Below, piece after piece: positions 18,574 to 27,400 of a stretch of 32,000 nt of DNA. Position 1 is the first letter of the stretch. Every line of letters starts with the position of its first letter. Source of the stretch: Chlamydiales bacterium (GTDB taxonomy: Bacteria > Chlamydiota > Chlamydiia > Chlamydiales > JAAKFR01); assembly GCA_041395025.1 (NCBI GenBank), contig JAWLBH010000001.1, forward strand, positions 120,001 to 152,000, in the 5' to 3' direction. Both the position numbers and the translations under genes were made by a program. Under the pieces are notes generated by a model. It saw nothing but the letters and a program-made list of their open reading frames with translations. It did no database searches and was not told the DNA's origin.

Positions 18574-20682
18574 ATGGATGAAATGCAAAATAAAAATCAC
18601 AAAAACATCTCCCTAGATGAAGATACACTGGCAATTAATACAATACGTACACTTGCCATGGATGCTGTGCAAACTGCAAATTCTGGTCATCCAGGAACAC
18701 CGATGGCATTAGCTCCTGTAGCTTATTGTCTTTGGCAATATTTTTTACGTTTTGACCCAACAGATTGCCTTTGGCCTAACAGAGATCGGTTTATTCTTTC
18801 AAATGGTCATGCTTCGATGCTTCTTTATTCTCTTCTCCATTTAACTGGTGTACAGGCAGTTAACAAAAAATATGAAACAATAGGAGAGCTTGCTGTCAAG
18901 CTTGAAGATATCAAAACATTTCGTCAACTTGAGAGCAAATGTCCAGGACATCCTGAATACCGTTTAACTTCTGGTATTGAAACAACCACAGGACCACTTG
19001 GCCAGGGTGTTGCGACTAGCACTGGAATGGCGATTGCAAGTCGCTGGATGAGCAGTTATTTCAACCGTCCTGGTTTTGATATGATGAATTACAATGTCTA
19101 TGCCATCTGTGGAGATGGTGATATGATGGAGGGTGTGAGTGGAGAAGCTGCCTCGATTGCCGGTCACTTGAAACTTTCTAATCTTTGTTGGATTTACGAT
19201 AATAACCATATTACCATCGAAGGAACGACAGATCTTACTTTTACAGAAGATATTGCAACGCGTTTTCTCGGATATGGTTGGAATATTTTAAGAGTAGGAG
19301 ATGCTAATGATTTAGTTATGTTGGCACAAGCATTTCAAACTTTTCATCATACACATGATCGCCCAACATTGATCATTGTTGATAGCCATATTGCATGGGG
19401 ATCTCCTAATAAACAAGGAACAGCAGCTGCTCATGGAGAACCACTTGGAGAAGAAGAAGTTCGTCTTACAAAAAAAAATTATGGATGGCCAGAAAATTCT
19501 CGTTTTTTAGTGCCTATGGAAGTTTACCAAATATTTAAAAGAGGGATTGGAAAAAGAGGAAAACATCTACAAGAGACATGGATCGAACTATTTAACCGTT
19601 ATCAACAACAATATCCAGAGCTTGCTGAGGATCTTTATCGGATGCAACATAGACAGTTACCTGAAAGATTTGATCGTGATTTTAAACCATTTCCGCCTGA
19701 TTCTGTAGGACTAGCAACACGTGACTCGAGTGGAAAAGTGTTAAATATGTTAGCAAAAAATTATCCCTGGTTAGTTGGAGGAGCGGCTGATTTATCTCCT
19801 TCGACAAAAACTCAACTCACATTTGAAGAAGCAGGAGATTTTGGGGTAAATAATTATGCTGGTCGTAATTTCCATTTTGGAGTGCGTGAACATGCAATGG
19901 GATCCATTCTTAATGGCTTAGCTCTCTCGAAAATACGCCCATTTGGAGCAGGATTTTTTATCTTTAGTGATTACTGTAGACCAGCGATTCGTCTAAGTGC
20001 AATTATGGAAATTCCTGTGATCTATATTTTTACACATGATTCAATTGGGGTAGGAGAAGATGGTCCAACACATCAACCCATTGAACAAATTCCTTCTATG
20101 CGGGCCATTCCCGGTTTAACTACAATTCGTCCTGCTGATGCAAATGAAGTCCTTGAGGCATGGAAATATATTGCTTATCAACGTCATGAACCAGTTATGC
20201 TTTTACTAACGAGACAAAAAGTCCCTACTCTTGATCGTAAAAAATATGCTTCTGCTAAGGGCCTACATAAAGGCGCTTATATTCTTGCTGATTGTATCGG
20301 TCAACCTGATCTTCTATTACTTGCCACAGGAAGTGAAGTCTCTTTGTGTATAGAGGCTCATATCGAATTAGAAAAACAAAATATTAAATCCCGTGTGGTG
20401 AGTATGCCCTCATGGGAAATTTTTGAAAAACAAGATGAGAATTATCGAAATTTGGTGATTCCTCCAGATGTTAGTGCTAGGATTTCTGTTGAACAAGCCT
20501 CTACCTTCGGTTGGGAACGCTATGTTGGGTTAAAAGGAAGATCAATTGGAATGGAAGCATTTGGAGCATCTGCTCCATTGAAAGAATTATTAAAAAAATT
20601 TGGGTTTACTTCTGAATATATTGTGAATCAAGCAAAAGAAGTGTTGGAGATCGTGAAAAATAGCACGTATTCTAAATTTTAG
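18574..20682 (+). CDS. tkt: Transketolase
   Basis: 702 aa. Contains ANSGHPGTPMALAP, the TPP motif GDGDMMEG...NN and HDSIGVGEDGPTHQPIEQ. Confidence 0.96.
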   Translation: MDEMQNKNHKNISLDEDTLAINTIRTLAMDAVQTANSGHPGTPMALAPVAYCLWQYFLRFDPTDCLWPNRDRFILSNGHASMLLYSLLHLTGVQAVNKKYETIGELAVKLEDIKTFRQLESKCPGHPEYRLTSGIETTTGPLGQGVATSTGMAIASRWMSSYFNRPGFDMMNYNVYAICGDGDMMEGVSGEAASIAGHLKLSNLCWIYDNNHITIEGTTDLTFTEDIATRFLGYGWNILRVGDANDLVMLAQAFQTFHHTHDRPTLIIVDSHIAWGSPNKQGTAAAHGEPLGEEEVRLTKKNYGWPENSRFLVPMEVYQIFKRGIGKRGKHLQETWIELFNRYQQQYPELAEDLYRMQHRQLPERFDRDFKPFPPDSVGLATRDSSGKVLNMLAKNYPWLVGGAADLSPSTKTQLTFEEAGDFGVNNYAGRNFHFGVREHAMGSILNGLALSKIRPFGAGFFIFSDYCRPAIRLSAIMEIPVIYIFTHDSIGVGEDGPTHQPIEQIPSMRAIPGLTTIRPADANEVLEAWKYIAYQRHEPVMLLLTRQKVPTLDRKKYASAKGLHKGAYILADCIGQPDLLLLATGSEVSLCIEAHIELEKQNIKSRVVSMPSWEIFEKQDENYRNLVIPPDVSARISVEQASTFGWERYVGLKGRSIGMEAFGASAPLKELLKKFGFTSEYIVNQAKEVLEIVKNSTYSKF

Positions 20683-20837
20683 CATTGACTCTCCTATCCA
20701 AAAGAGTATTGCCTTAATTTTCAAATTGATGTGTTAGATCATCAAACGAAGATAGAATGATTATCTTTTAAAAGATGAAAAACCAGAAAAGTGATCCCCA
20801 AGCTTTCTACCTCTTATGAAAATTTATAAATATCTTC

Positions 20838-21197
20838 ATGGAAAAAGTCTCTAAAAAAAAAATTGATGAGCTAGAAGAGCGAATGAAATATCTTTCAATC
20901 TCTGATCAAGATCTTCTTGAAAAATTTATTACTGGAAGTGGGCCAGGAGGACAAAAAATCAATAAAACATCTTCATCTGTTTATCTCAAACATCTACCAT
21001 CAGGCATAGAAGTCAAGTGTGGTAAAACACGATCTAGGGAAACTAATCGATTTCTAGCTCGTCGTGAATTATGCGAACAAATCCAAAAAAAAAAATTTGG
21101 ACTTAAAACTCTGAAAGAAAAATTTTTAGATAAAATACGAAAACAAAAAAAACGACGAAATCGGCGTCAAAGATCTCAAAATCCTAAAACTGATTAA
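20838..21197 (+). CDS. Stand-alone RF-1 (GGQ) domain protein, ArfB/ICT1-like peptidyl-tRNA hydrolase candidate
   Basis: 119 aa. SGPGGQKINKTSSSVYLKHLPSGIEVKCGKTRSRETN is colinear with domain 3 of class I release factors. Strongly basic C-terminal tail (KIRKQKKRRNRRQRSQNPK). Confidence 0.75.
   Translation: MEKVSKKKIDELEERMKYLSISDQDLLEKFITGSGPGGQKINKTSSSVYLKHLPSGIEVKCGKTRSRETNRFLARRELCEQIQKKKFGLKTLKEKFLDKIRKQKKRRNRRQRSQNPKTD
21085..21095 (+). repeat. A11 homopolymer inside the GGQ-domain ORF (codons QKKK)
   Basis: Counted directly: caa aaa aaa aaa ttt. Confidence 0.95.
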
Positions 21198-21253
21198 CTA
21201 TATATTTAATAAAAAAATTATTATTGGTAATATAGAAATATTTAGGAATTTTG

Positions 21254-21916
21254 ATGCGTTTTATTAAACCTCTTGTACTAATTACTTGTTTTTTACTCAT
21301 CGCAATTGTGGTTTTTTACTATCACTTATTTTTGAAACAACCTCTAGAACCAATCCCTATGACAACACAAAATAACCCTACAATTGGATATCAAAAGGCC
21401 CAAGTTCATGTAGTGGTATTTGAAGAACCAAAATGCAAGAATTGTAAGGTTTTCAATAATGAAATTTTCCCAACTATCAAAAAGCAATTTATTGATACGA
21501 ACAAAATTCTATATACCACAATCCCTGTTTCATTCTTACCAGACTCCATGCCCATGGCAGTGGGAGCGCTGTGTGCCTATTATGCTGATCCTCAATATCC
21601 AAATTATGAGATGTTTGGCAAATACTGTAACTATATCTACTCTTTTGAATCTGATCATGAGGAGGGTCTGATGAACCTTGATACACTGACTGAATTTAGT
21701 AAAACACTCTCTCTTGGAATGGATATTTCTCAATTAAAAGAGTGTATTCAAACCCAAAAATACCGTGTTCAGATTGAAAAAAATACTGATTATGGAATAG
21801 AAATAATGAATGGAATGATTTCTACACCAACAGTTTATGTAAATGGAATTGAAGTTAAAGAAAGGACAATTGAGGGTATTTCAAAATTAATTCAAACCTA
21901 CCTACAAGAAGAATAA
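21254..21916 (+). CDS. Membrane-anchored DsbA-family thiol:disulfide oxidoreductase
   Basis: N-terminal TM segment (LVLITCFLLIAIVVFYYHLF). Thioredoxin-fold active site FEEPKCKNCKVF and a cis-Pro region (ISTPTVYVNG). The extra Cys pair (C..YY...C) could form a second disulfide. ATG at 21254, directly after the TTG in the ORF track. Confidence 0.75.
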   Translation: MRFIKPLVLITCFLLIAIVVFYYHLFLKQPLEPIPMTTQNNPTIGYQKAQVHVVVFEEPKCKNCKVFNNEIFPTIKKQFIDTNKILYTTIPVSFLPDSMPMAVGALCAYYADPQYPNYEMFGKYCNYIYSFESDHEEGLMNLDTLTEFSKTLSLGMDISQLKECIQTQKYRVQIEKNTDYGIEIMNGMISTPTVYVNGIEVKERTIEGISKLIQTYLQEE

Positions 21917-21919
21917 AAA

Positions 21920-22351
21920 GTGGCTCGTAGTCTTTCCTTATATTTAGCATGGTTATTTGCCTCGATAGGAATACTTGCTAGTCTATATTTTAGTCATATT
22001 TCTCATTTTGAACCCTGCTATATATGTTGGTATCAGAGAATCTGTCTCTTTCCTTTAGGGATTATTCTAGGAATAGCTGCTTATAAAAGTTTTCTTAATA
22101 TTACTATTTACATACTTCCTCAAGTCATTATAGGCTTTCTTTTTTCTGTTTATCAAATTGCTATCCAAGAATTTCCAAATTTAAATGGAATGAGTCTATG
22201 TGGGAAAGAGTCAAATTGTATAAATAAATATGATTTAGGACTTGGTTTCATAACTATTCCTATGCTTTCTGCCATTCTCTTTCTGGTCGTCGGTTCTCTG
22301 CTGCTGTTTAGCTGGAAATATAAGAGTCAAAAGAAGGATGATCATTTTTAA
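21920..22351 (+). CDS. dsbB: Disulfide bond formation protein B (short BdbC-like type)
   Basis: 143 aa with 4 TM segments. First pair in EPCYICWYQRI (the classic PCxxCxxQR motif), second pair in the loop SLCGKESNC. GTG start 3 nt after the DsbA-like stop. Confidence 0.8.
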   Translation: MARSLSLYLAWLFASIGILASLYFSHISHFEPCYICWYQRICLFPLGIILGIAAYKSFLNITIYILPQVIIGFLFSVYQIAIQEFPNLNGMSLCGKESNCINKYDLGLGFITIPMLSAILFLVVGSLLLFSWKYKSQKKDDHF

Positions 22352-22369
22352 AAATTATCAATCACTGCG

Positions 22370-22388
22370 CTCTTTTAAGAGTTTTTTT
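22370..22388 (+). terminator. Weak intrinsic terminator candidate after dsbB
   Basis: CTCT-ttta-AGAG followed by T7 (22382..22388). The stem is very short. Confidence 0.3.
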
Positions 22389-22536
22389 CTTCTCATGGAA
22401 TCTGTTGATAAAGCTCTTCTATATAGAATCTATTAAAATTAAGAGAATCAAAATCAAATTGCTGCATAGATAATTCATAATAGCTTTAAATAGAGATATT
22501 CTTATGATTGAACGTTGTAAAAATCGTTTATTTCTT

Positions 22537-23202
22537 ATGAAAATCTATAAAGATCAAAAAATTGTTCTAGTCATGTTAGGTGCGCCTGGTGCTGGTAAAG
22601 GAACCCAGGCATATTATCTCAGCAACATACTGCAGATTCCTCAAATTTCTACTGGGAATTTGCTACGTGAAAATCTCTCTCAAAATTCAACTGAGCAAAA
22701 AACAAAACAATACATAAATACGGGGCAACTTGTTCCTGACCAAATTGTAATGAATCTCCTATGGAAACGTTTGAAAGAAGTTGATTGTCAAAAAGGTTAT
22801 ATTCTTGATGGTTTTCCACGTACAGTCTCCCAAGCTGAAATGCTCGATACTATGATTCATAAAACGGAGTTTCGATTAATTGTCATCAGCTTAGAAGTAC
22901 CTGATGAATTAATTGTTGAACGAGTGAGTGGAAGAATCATCTGTAAAAAATGCGGAGCTCCCTATCATAAAATAACAAACCCCTCAACTAAAGAAGTTTG
23001 TGAGAAATGTGGAGAGCAATTAATTCAAAGAAAAGATGATACCAAAATCGTTGTTCTTGAAAGATTGAAAGTTTTTCATCAACAAACTCAACCAGTCAAA
23101 GACTACTATGCAAAAAAAGGAGATCTAGTCTTGATCGATGGTGCGCTTCCAATCAATAAAATTCATTGTCAAATTAAAGAAAAACTGGAAAGCGCTCTTT
23201 GA
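22537..23202 (+). CDS. adk: Adenylate kinase (zinc-lid type)
   Basis: P-loop LGAPGAGKGTQA, then ILDGFPRT, and a lid with CKKCGAPYH...CEKCGEQL. Start set at the ATG at 22537. Confidence 0.93.
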   Translation: MKIYKDQKIVLVMLGAPGAGKGTQAYYLSNILQIPQISTGNLLRENLSQNSTEQKTKQYINTGQLVPDQIVMNLLWKRLKEVDCQKGYILDGFPRTVSQAEMLDTMIHKTEFRLIVISLEVPDELIVERVSGRIICKKCGAPYHKITNPSTKEVCEKCGEQLIQRKDDTKIVVLERLKVFHQQTQPVKDYYAKKGDLVLIDGALPINKIHCQIKEKLESAL

Positions 23203-23216
23203 GCATGATTTTTAAA

Positions 23217-23759
23217 TTAATTTATATATAAATATATCTTAGAACCAAATAAATCATTTAGTTCTACTGTGCGAATAGGAATCCATCCAGGAATGGAAAA
23301 GGTATTTGTGATAATCCACGTTCCGGGTTTCATTTCTTTTTTAAACTTGCTTTTTAACTTCTCCATTGCTTTTGGATAAAGATAACAAACCACAAGATCT
23401 GCTTCTTTAATGGAGATTTTAAGAAAGTTTTTTCTAGAGATTTTAAGGTTATGAATTCCTAGTATTTTTTTTAATCCTAATGAAACAATCCATGGAAACC
23501 AAGAGCCTTCAAAAGCATGAATCCATGCCCAAGGATAATGTTTGGCTAAAGAACAGGCTAAATTCCCCCATCCTGACCCTAATTCAAAAACATTTTTTGG
23601 AGTTTTAGGTAGTAGAGAAAATAAGGCTTGTTTCGCCTTATAGGAAGTAGGCATAGGAGAAATCCCATAGTATAATGAAAATCCTACAATCGATATGCTG
23701 ATCAGACAAGTAACAATTATAAAAATTAGTATGATCATTTTATTCTCAATTCTGATCAA
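23217..23759 (-). CDS. Class I SAM-dependent methyltransferase-like protein, possibly N-terminally membrane-anchored
   Basis: Motif I-like VFELGSGWGNLA and post-I DLVVCYL. N-terminal hydrophobic segment MIILIFIIVTCLISISIVGF if the start is 23759 or 23738. An alternative start at 23654 would remove it. Confidence 0.55.
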   Translation of the reverse strand: MIRIENKMIILIFIIVTCLISISIVGFSLYYGISPMPTSYKAKQALFSLLPKTPKNVFELGSGWGNLACSLAKHYPWAWIHAFEGSWFPWIVSLGLKKILGIHNLKISRKNFLKISIKEADLVVCYLYPKAMEKLKSKFKKEMKPGTWIITNTFSIPGWIPIRTVELNDLFGSKIYLYIN

Positions 23760-24081
23760 TATAATTGCTGTATGGGCAACAGGATATATCCTTCCTGGTA
23801 TTCATATAAAAAACTTTGTTACAATTATTTTAGTGGCTGTGATCTTTGGTATTACAAATTCTACCTTACGCCCGATACTTTTTATTCTCACATTGCCAAT
23901 CAATATACTTACAATGGGACTGTTTTCTTTTGTCATTATGGGATTGATTGTCTACTTTGTGAGCATGATTGTGCCTGGATTTATTATTGATAACTTTATC
24001 TCAGCTATTTTCTTCTCTTTAATTTTCTCTCTGATTCGCTCATTTCTTACTTTTTTTACGACTCCTAGTCATAAATTTTAA
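23731..24081 (+). CDS. DUF360 / YvlD-type small membrane protein (Pfam 'phage holin 4_2' family)
   Basis: About 116 aa with 4 TM segments. The pattern INIIAVWATGYILPGIHIKNF...NSTLRPILFILTLPINILTMGLFSFVI is typical of the YvlD/DUF360 family. Start set at the ATG at 23731. Confidence 0.6.
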   Translation: MIILFSILINIIAVWATGYILPGIHIKNFVTIILVAVIFGITNSTLRPILFILTLPINILTMGLFSFVIMGLIVYFVSMIVPGFIIDNFISAIFFSLIFSLIRSFLTFFTTPSHKF

Positions 24082-24406
24082 CACCTGATCAAACGGATAA
24101 AAAAATCCAAAATACTTGTGTTTAATTAAAAAATAAGACCCTTACATCGAATAGAAAATTCTTATACTTAGCGAATGTTCATGATGAAAATTTTTTAATT
24201 TACCCTCTTCTTGTTTTATAAAATGGATCCATAGAGAAAAAATCTAGATCCAACTAAATCTATTTAAAAATTCCTAAAGTCAAATCCTTTGGCTACTTAA
24301 AACCGATTTAGTATTCTTCCTATTTTAATATTTTTATCAAAAAATAATTAAAATTGGATTTAAAAAATATAAATCTGAATACTGCTCTCAGAAGGAGAAC
24401 TGGAAC

Positions 24407-27400
24407 GTGGTTCAAAAACAAAAATCTTTTTCAGAAAAAAATGACTTTCAAATACATAAACAACACATGTTTAGTCTTATAAAAAAGATTTTTGGTGATG
24501 AACTAACTGGTCAAGAAAATCCCACAAAAAGACTTCCCCTATTTAAGTGGAAAATTTCACCATTCACTCCTGGAGCATTTTTCTTTTATCTTCTATTCCC
24601 TTCTGACTGGAATCGAAATGCGATTTTATTTGTCGAAGATATTTTAACCAATTACCTAGTTCCTAATAAACAATTGAAACTTCTATCCTCTAGAAATCTA
24701 GATTTTTATCCAGCGACTTCTGGAACACCTCTATTTTTTATAGAGATTTCTATTTACATTCCTAACAAAAAAATTCTTCAAATCATCGAAAAAAGGCTCC
24801 CAGAAATTGTAGATAAAATTAAGGCAAGTACCTTTTCATCGGGTTATACTAAATCTATGCTCAAAATGAAGAACTTCCTATTCGATGAAGATATTACTTA
24901 TATTCACGACTTAGTAACTAAGTTAATTAGTCATTACCCTAAACATTTTTCAAATGATATTTTCCGTGATATCCAACATTTTATGTCCCATTTTCATCAG
25001 GAATTTAGAAAAATTCGCCAACTACACCATCTTTGCCGAATTATTTGCACCCACTACCTTTTCCAAAAATCTCTAGAAAAAGAAATGAAACTCTTTCCTC
25101 ATAATCGCCATGTCTATCTAAGGTTGATGCAAACCTATCTCCGTTATCCATTTGGTTTAAAAAAAGTTCTTGGTTTAGCAATCTGTCTGAATTCTCTTCA
25201 AAATTATGAATTCTTTGAACTTCGCCATATTATTAGAGCAATTCAACGGATTATTCCTAATATAAGAGCCTTACAAAACACTTATTATTCACATAAAAAT
25301 GAAGAGAATCGATTACTCACTTTTTATCTTGAAATTGAAAAAAGTAATAGGAAAAATTTTAATTTAGAAGATATTAAAAAATTAAAAAAAGAGCTACCTA
25401 GCGAACTAAAAAATAGTATTGAATATCTATCTCCCTCCCTTTTTATTCCACGTAATGAAGAAGAGCTTATTCGGAATATCGTGAACTTAAGTCAAGAATT
25501 AAGATTTGTTCGAGACATTCCTCAAGCTATTATTTCTTTTCAAGAACAAAATAATCATATTCTAACATTTAACATCATTCTTCTTCGCGTTCTCGATAAA
25601 AATAGTTGCGATCTTCATTCTCTGGTCCATCTTCTTCCTGAAAATGTCCTCTTCATCTCTGAACGAACTGCAAATGTCGGTTATCTTCGTAAAAAATATA
25701 TTAAAGAAGCGAATATTTTTTCTGTAAAAATTGATAGTCAATTGTTTCTACGTAAAAATCACTCAGTTGACCTATTAAAAGCTCGTCAATATGTAGTTCA
25801 AGCAGTTGAGAAAATGATCGGGCCTTTTCGTGATTATAACGGCGGATTTTTGATAAAACAAAATGAACAACTTGAAGCAATTACATTAGCAATAGGACCA
25901 GCAGCAAAACAAAACGCTCTTTTACTTGAAAATTTTTTCTATTCACTCAGCCCTTCAGTCCTACAAACCTATATCGATCCCCAAAAAGGAAAAATTCTTT
26001 TTTTGCTACTTCTTACCACTCTACAAACTCCAATCCCTCACCAAGCAAGGTATCTAAAAAAAACCCATATTGAACATGATTCATTAGCAATAGTCGTAAA
26101 ATCAACAGATCCTGAAATTAATAATACACTAGCTAAAGCTATCGATACACTCAATATTGATCCTTTACAACTCGCTTTTGCTGTAATAGAAGTAGACTGT
26201 TTTTATTATCAATGTTATCTTTATCTTAACCCAACTAAAAAAGAAGCAGATCACTTTATTAAAGTGATTGAAAATGCGATCTTTTCTTTGATTAAAGAGA
26301 ATCTTAATCAACAGATTCTCTATTTTCATCTTCCTCGTGCCGCACAATCGCTTGATCCTCGTATTGGTGCTGATTGGACCTCTGGTATCATCATTCGAAT
26401 GCTCTATGAAGGATTAATGCGTATTACAGAAATAGGTTATCCTGAACCAGCTATTGCTCAATCCTATACTCTTTCTGAAGATAAGAAAACCTATTGCTTC
26501 TATCTAAGAAAAACCATTTGGTCTAATGGAATGCCTCTAACAGCTTATGATTTCGAATATGCTTGGAAAAAAATTCTTGAACCAAACTTTGAATATTTTT
26601 ATTCATTTCTTTTTTTTCCAATTAAAAATGCTAGAGCTGTGAAAAAAGGAGAAATGCCAATGAGTGAAGTTGGTATTCAAGTATTGGATTCTTATACTCT
26701 TGTAGTTGAACTTGAATATAGTTTCTACGCATTCCTCTCTTTAGTAGCAAGTTGGATTTATTCTCCTCTATGTCGAGAAATTGACCAACAGTATCCCGGA
26801 TGGGCTTATCATAATGTTGAAAATTATGTATGTAATGGCCCTTTTAAGCTGAATATTTGGGAACTTAACCATGAACTACAAGTCATAAGAAATCCTAACT
26901 ACTGGGATGCTTCATCTGTGAAGCTCGATAAAATCCAATTTAGTATTATTAAGAGCGAAAAAGCGGCTTTAGATCTATTTCTACATGGGAAAGCTGATTG
27001 GGTAGGTGACCCCCTTATCAAAATCCCTATAAATCAAATTGAGTCTTTGAAAAAAAAAAACTTACTCAAAACTTCCAATACAAATTATGCTCTCTTCTTA
27101 ATGCATCTTAATGGTGAATATATTCCTTTTCAAATTAAAAATATGAGAAAAGCCTTCGCCTACTGTATTAATCGGGAAGAATTAATCAAAAATATTCTTC
27201 AAGCGGATTACCTACCTGCTTATGGATTTGCTCACATCCCTCCTAAAAACCAACATCTTTCAATTCCTGAAAACGATCCCGAATTAGCAAAATTTCATTT
27301 TAAAAAGGGTCTTGATGAACTTGGAATTACACTTGAAGACTTTCCTCCGATTTTAATCACTCATAGTGATATCGAAGAACAAGAAAAAGTCAGTCGTGCA

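Noticed and set aside
18440-19209. ORFs 18440..18634 (64 aa) and 18964..19209 (81 aa) on the minus strand at and inside tkt
   Set aside because: The first spans the tkt 5' region with a low-complexity hydrophobic translation and no SD. The second is antisense within tkt. Neither is supported.
21420-21733. Three overlapping 65-83-aa ORFs (one plus, two minus) inside the DsbA-like gene
   Set aside because: The DsbA-like frame carries the CxxC thioredoxin signature and a TM anchor. The alternative frames give featureless sequences.
23772-26347. ORF 23772..23990 (+, alternative frame within the DUF360 gene) and ORF 26165..26347 (-, antisense in the fusion ORF)
   Set aside because: They are out-of-frame or antisense shadows of better-supported genes.
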